Part shown: positions 28,796 to 32,000 of the stretch, piece by piece
How positions within the stretch are numbered: position 1 is the first letter of the stretch
Layout of the letters: each line of letters opens with the position of its first letter
NCBI GenBank assembly: GCA_000503875.1
Contig: CP006913.1
Span: forward strand, 660,001-692,000
Origin: Candidatus Saccharimonadota bacterium
Lineage (GTDB): Bacteria; Patescibacteriota; Gracilibacteria; Absconditabacterales; Absconditicoccaceae
Direction of reading: 5' to 3'
DNA length: 32,000 nt
The notes under the pieces: model-generated
What the model saw: the letters and a program-made list of their open reading frames with translations, nothing else
Told to the model about the DNA's origin: nothing
The model's database searches: none
Position numbers and translations under genes: made by a program

Positions 28796-28831
28796 GGCTG
28801 TAAGCTATTAGCTATAAGCCATTAGCTAAAT
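28796..28831. repeat. AGCT-core repeat cluster B (related to cluster A)
   Basis: GGCTGTAAGCTATTAGCTATAAGCC near-palindrome. AGCTATTA (28803-28810) and ATTAGCTAAAT (28821-28831) occur in the same order as in cluster A. Confidence 0.65.
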
Positions 28832-28835
28832 ATAT

Positions 28836-29963
28836 ATGAAATTAGCAGCTATTCATTGTTGGGTATCACCATGATGAGCTTTGGAAGTATTAAAAGACCT
28901 TATAAAAGAAGAAAATAGAATTTCATGATTTTCTGATATCAAAATTTTTACCAGTTATAGTGAAATTGAGACAATTCTTATCGATAATAAAAAAATAAAA
29001 ATAATAACCGCTATTCCAAAACGATTAAATATATTTTTCAAACGAAATACCAAAAAAAAGATCCCTATTTTAGGTCAAATATTTGACTATCGTAATCTTA
29101 TGTTTTTTTATCCGCTTTTGATGAAGATAATTTCTCGAAAAATAAAAAGATATAAACCAAACAAGATTCTGATTTCTTCTTTTGCTATCGCCAAAAATAT
29201 CCAACAATGTAAAACAATTTCAAAAGAAAATATAGATACAACATTGTATCTTCACTCCCCTATGCAATATATTCGAAGTCATAGCCAAGAATATCAACAA
29301 AAACTCACTGGACGAAAATGACGAATATTTAGAAAAATCACTCCTCGTTTACAAAAACGAGACCTCCAATATACAAAATATGATAAAGTATATTCCAATA
29401 GTACGTATACAAAAAACCTTGCGAAAAAAATATACAATATAGAAAGTGAAGTAAAATATCCAAAAATAAATCAGACTTTCTTAAATGAAAATATAATAAA
29501 GGAACCCCAAGAATATATAGTTTGTGTATGAAGAATCGTAAAATTTGTAAGAGAAATTGACCTTATAGTAAAAGCATTCAATAAGTTAAACTATCCTCTA
29601 ATAATTATTTGAAGTGGTCCTGACGAAAAAGAAATAAAGAAACTAGCGCAAAAAAACATCACTTTCACGGGCCGAAAAGATCCAATAACTATGATAGATA
29701 TAATAAAAAATGCCAAATGAACAATAAACATGACAAAAGAAAGTTTTTGAATATCTACAGCAGAATGTTTGTGTTTATGAGTACCAGTACTTGGATATAA
29801 TGAAGGTGCTACGCCAGAATTAGTTGATAAAGAATCTTGAATTCTTATTAAAAATAAGACAGACAATGATATAATTACCGCTTTTAAGCTATTTATTTCA
29901 ACAAAACGAGATAGAAACAAAATAGCAGCACGCGCAAAAACAATTTTTATTCAAAAACAATAA
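28836..29963 (+). CDS. GT4-type (group 1) glycosyltransferase (375 aa)
   Basis: C-terminal KESFGISTAECLCLGVPVLGYNEGATPELV (the E..G....E....G.PV signature) and IIIGSGPDEKEI. Many TGA and CGA codons. Contains track ORF 29100-29321. Confidence 0.75.
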
Positions 29964-29966
29964 TAC

Positions 29967-30713
29967 ATGATTCAAATACGATTATATGCATTAGGAAGTA
30001 CATTTATAATAAGTCTTATAGCTCTTATAGGAATTGTATTTCTAGGATTTCACCAAGAAAAACTCAAAAAAATTGTTATTTACCTAGTAAGTTTTTCTGC
30101 AGGAGCTTTGTTATGAGACGTATTTATTCATCTTTTACCAGAAATCGCAGAAAATGGTTTTTCTCTTCAAACATCTTTATTTGTTTTGGGAGGAATTTTG
30201 TTTTGACTTATCACCGAAAAAATAATCCATCGAAATCACTGTCATATGCCAATAACAAAGCATCACGTCCATCATTTTGCAGTTATGAATTTAGTAGGAG
30301 ATTTTGTTCACAATATCATAGATGGACTGATAATTTGAGCTAGTTATTTGATAAGTATTCCCGTAGGAATAGCGACTACCCTAGCGGTTCTTCTTCATGA
30401 AATACCACAAGAAATCGGAGATTTCTGAGTATTAATTCACGGAGGAATGTCCAAAAAAAGAGCGTTATTTTTAAACTTTCTTACAGGATTAAGCGCTATA
30501 ATATGAGTAATTATTGCTCTATTGATTAATGACTATACAAACAATATTACATCATTTCTTATTCCATTTGCAGCAGGATCATTTATTTATATTGCAGGAT
30601 CAGATTTAATTCCTGAACTTCACAAAGAAAATAAATTCTGACAAGCTTCATTACAAATCATCGCATTTACAATGGGAATTGGAATTATGTTACTTCTACT
30701 TTTAGGAGAATAA
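29967..30713 (+). CDS. ZIP family metal (zinc) transporter (248 aa)
   Basis: GDFVHNIIDG and HEIPQEIGDF motifs, a His-rich loop HCHMPITKHHVHH, and multiple TM segments. Largely invisible in the standard-code track. Confidence 0.85.
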
Positions 30714-30746
30714 AAAAATCCTGCTTCATTATACATAAGCAGGATT
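30712..30746 (-). terminator. Rho-independent terminator (strong on the minus strand)
   Basis: 10-bp stem AATCCTGCTT (30717-30726) / AAGCAGGATT (30737-30746). The plus-strand A7 (30712-30718) gives a U7 run on the minus strand. Confidence 0.8.
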
Positions 30747-31243
30747 CATTCTTTAGATGTATTAATTCGACGTATTCTCTTTTTTATATAACGAATAAAT
30801 ATATTAACAAAACCAAAGAGAAGTACACCAATAAATGCAATTATAGCCCCATTCTTAATATTTTCTGGAGTTATTCTATCTCTATACCAAAAGAGAAATA
30901 ATCTAGCTACGTAAAAAAGGTAAATTGAAAAGAAAATAGCTAAACCATCTGCCAAAAGATATATCCAAAATAACGATTTCACAGAAATAAATTTAAAAAA
31001 AGCACGTACGGTCTGAGATTTTCTAAATCGGATCTGTGCCCACATAAGAAGACCAAAACCTACAATTACAAATTCAAAAAATATACTCAAAAACCGAACC
31101 CATTTTGTTGTTTCTAAATCAATTTTTCCCAATCGATACTCTGCAAAAAAAGCAAGAGAGTTAATAATGAAAAATATCAACAAAAGAAAAATAATAGATA
31201 ACTTAGAAAACAAAAACAATTTTAGTTTCTTTAGCTGTTTCAT
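30746..31243 (-). CDS. multi-pass membrane protein (165 aa if TGA 30748-30746 ends it; strict table 25 extends it to TAA 30589-30587)
   Basis: ATG 31243 with four or more hydrophobic segments. The frame after the TGA runs 53 codons antisense into the ZIP gene. Confidence 0.55.
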   Translation of the reverse strand: MKQLKKLKLFLFSKLSIIFLLLIFFIINSLAFFAEYRLGKIDLETTKWVRFLSIFFEFVIVGFGLLMWAQIRFRKSQTVRAFFKFISVKSLFWIYLLADGLAIFFSIYLFYVARLFLFWYRDRITPENIKNGAIIAFIGVLLFGFVNIFIRYIKKRIRRINTSKE

Positions 31244-31420
31244 ATTTTATATATTTTTATTTATACAATAAGCATATATATTTACAAATCAAAATCAACA
31301 GAAGTCAATTAATCTGACTTTCCCTTTCTTTTTGAAAGAAAAACCATAGAAATTACGAAGCCCTATAAAAGGGCAAAATTCTATAAAGAATAAAAAACAA
31401 TTTTATACTTACAAAAAAAT

Positions 31421-32000
31421 ATGCAATTTTATGACGAAGTCAAAATAACGGTACAATCAGGAAAAGGATGAGATGGTATCTCTACATGAAGAAGAGAAAA
31501 ATGAGTAGCTTTTGGATGACCAGCCGGTGGAAACGGTGGAAAAGGATGATCAATTATTTTCAAAGCATCAAAAGATGAGAATACTTTGTTGGCATATAGA
31601 TTTAGAAAAATTTTCAAAGCAAAACCAGGCTTTCCAGGAAGATCCAAAGATCAATATTGAGCTAATGCAGAAGATATTATTCTTTCTGTACCTATTGGAA
31701 CATTAATAAAAAACAGTGCTGGACAAGCACTTCATGTTTTTAAAAAAGATCAAGAAGAACGAACGGTATTAAAAGGTTGAGAATGAGGTGTTGGAAATAT
31801 GCATTTCAAAGATTCTATTCATCAATATCCAGATTTTTTCCTTATGGGAGAACCTGGACAAGAAAAAGAAATTACATTAGAATTACAACTTTTGGCAGAT
31901 GTAGCATTGATTGGAAGTCCTAGCGTAGGAAAATCTTCGATCATCAATACTATTTCTCACGCAAAAGCAAAAGTTGCTGATTATCCATTTACGACATTGA
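31421..32000 (+). CDS. obg: GTPase Obg, N-terminal part (3' end outside window)
   Basis: MQFYDEVKITVQSGKGGDG...GGPAGGNGGKGG...KGGEGGVGN and the G1 motif GSPSVGKSS. Eight TGAs at Gly positions of the Obg fold (first at 31469-31471). Confidence 0.92.

Noticed and set aside
1-32000. Interpreting the many short TGA-terminated ORFs in recognisable genes (murD, elp3, obg, ctp and others) as pseudogenes or a degraded genome.
   Set aside because: The TGAs fall at conserved Gly positions and the frames stay intact across them, so this is recoding, not decay.

Overview
This is an AT-rich, gene-dense chromosomal segment from a recoded bacterium, most likely Candidate Phyla Radiation (Absconditabacteria/SR1-like or Gracilibacteria-like). 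TGA is a sense codon here: it falls at invariant glycine positions in P-loops, the Obg glycine repeats, MurD, Elp3 and NrdR. The supplied standard-code ORF track therefore splits most genes. I re-annotated by hand with TAA/TAG as the only stops and found about 35 CDS. CGA also falls at invariant tryptophan positions (four sites in Fe-SOD, sigma-factor region 2, and both S41 peptidases), which indicates a second reassignment, Arg to Trp. Recognisable genes: nrdR, two S41 C-terminal processing peptidases, a RelA/SpoT-like nucleotidyltransferase protein, the divergent murD/murI pair, a zinc-ribbon protein, a P-loop kinase-like protein, a bacterial Elp3 homologue, a 757-aa secreted coiled-coil protein (three track ORFs joined), HIT hydrolase, LMW phosphatase, U32 family protein, SbcD-like metallophosphoesterase, UPF0371/DUF1846 protein, sodB-like Fe-SOD, yraN-like endonuclease, 2Fe-2S ferredoxin, ECF-like sigma factor, HU, SAM methyltransferase, GT4 glycosyltransferase, ZIP transporter and the obg 5' part. 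Non-coding highlights: (1) a three-copy structured repeat with a core of about 128 nt, built from two inverted-repeat pairs of a GTTAC(A)TTTTT word, one copy carrying a nested 60-nt insertion; (2) two genes whose only plausible end is a TGA abutting an intrinsic terminator; (3) three small expression cassettes with near-identical promoter and terminator shells; (4) AGCT-core palindromic repeat clusters in two intergenic regions. No rRNA, tRNA, CRISPR array or recognisable transposase/integrase gene was found.
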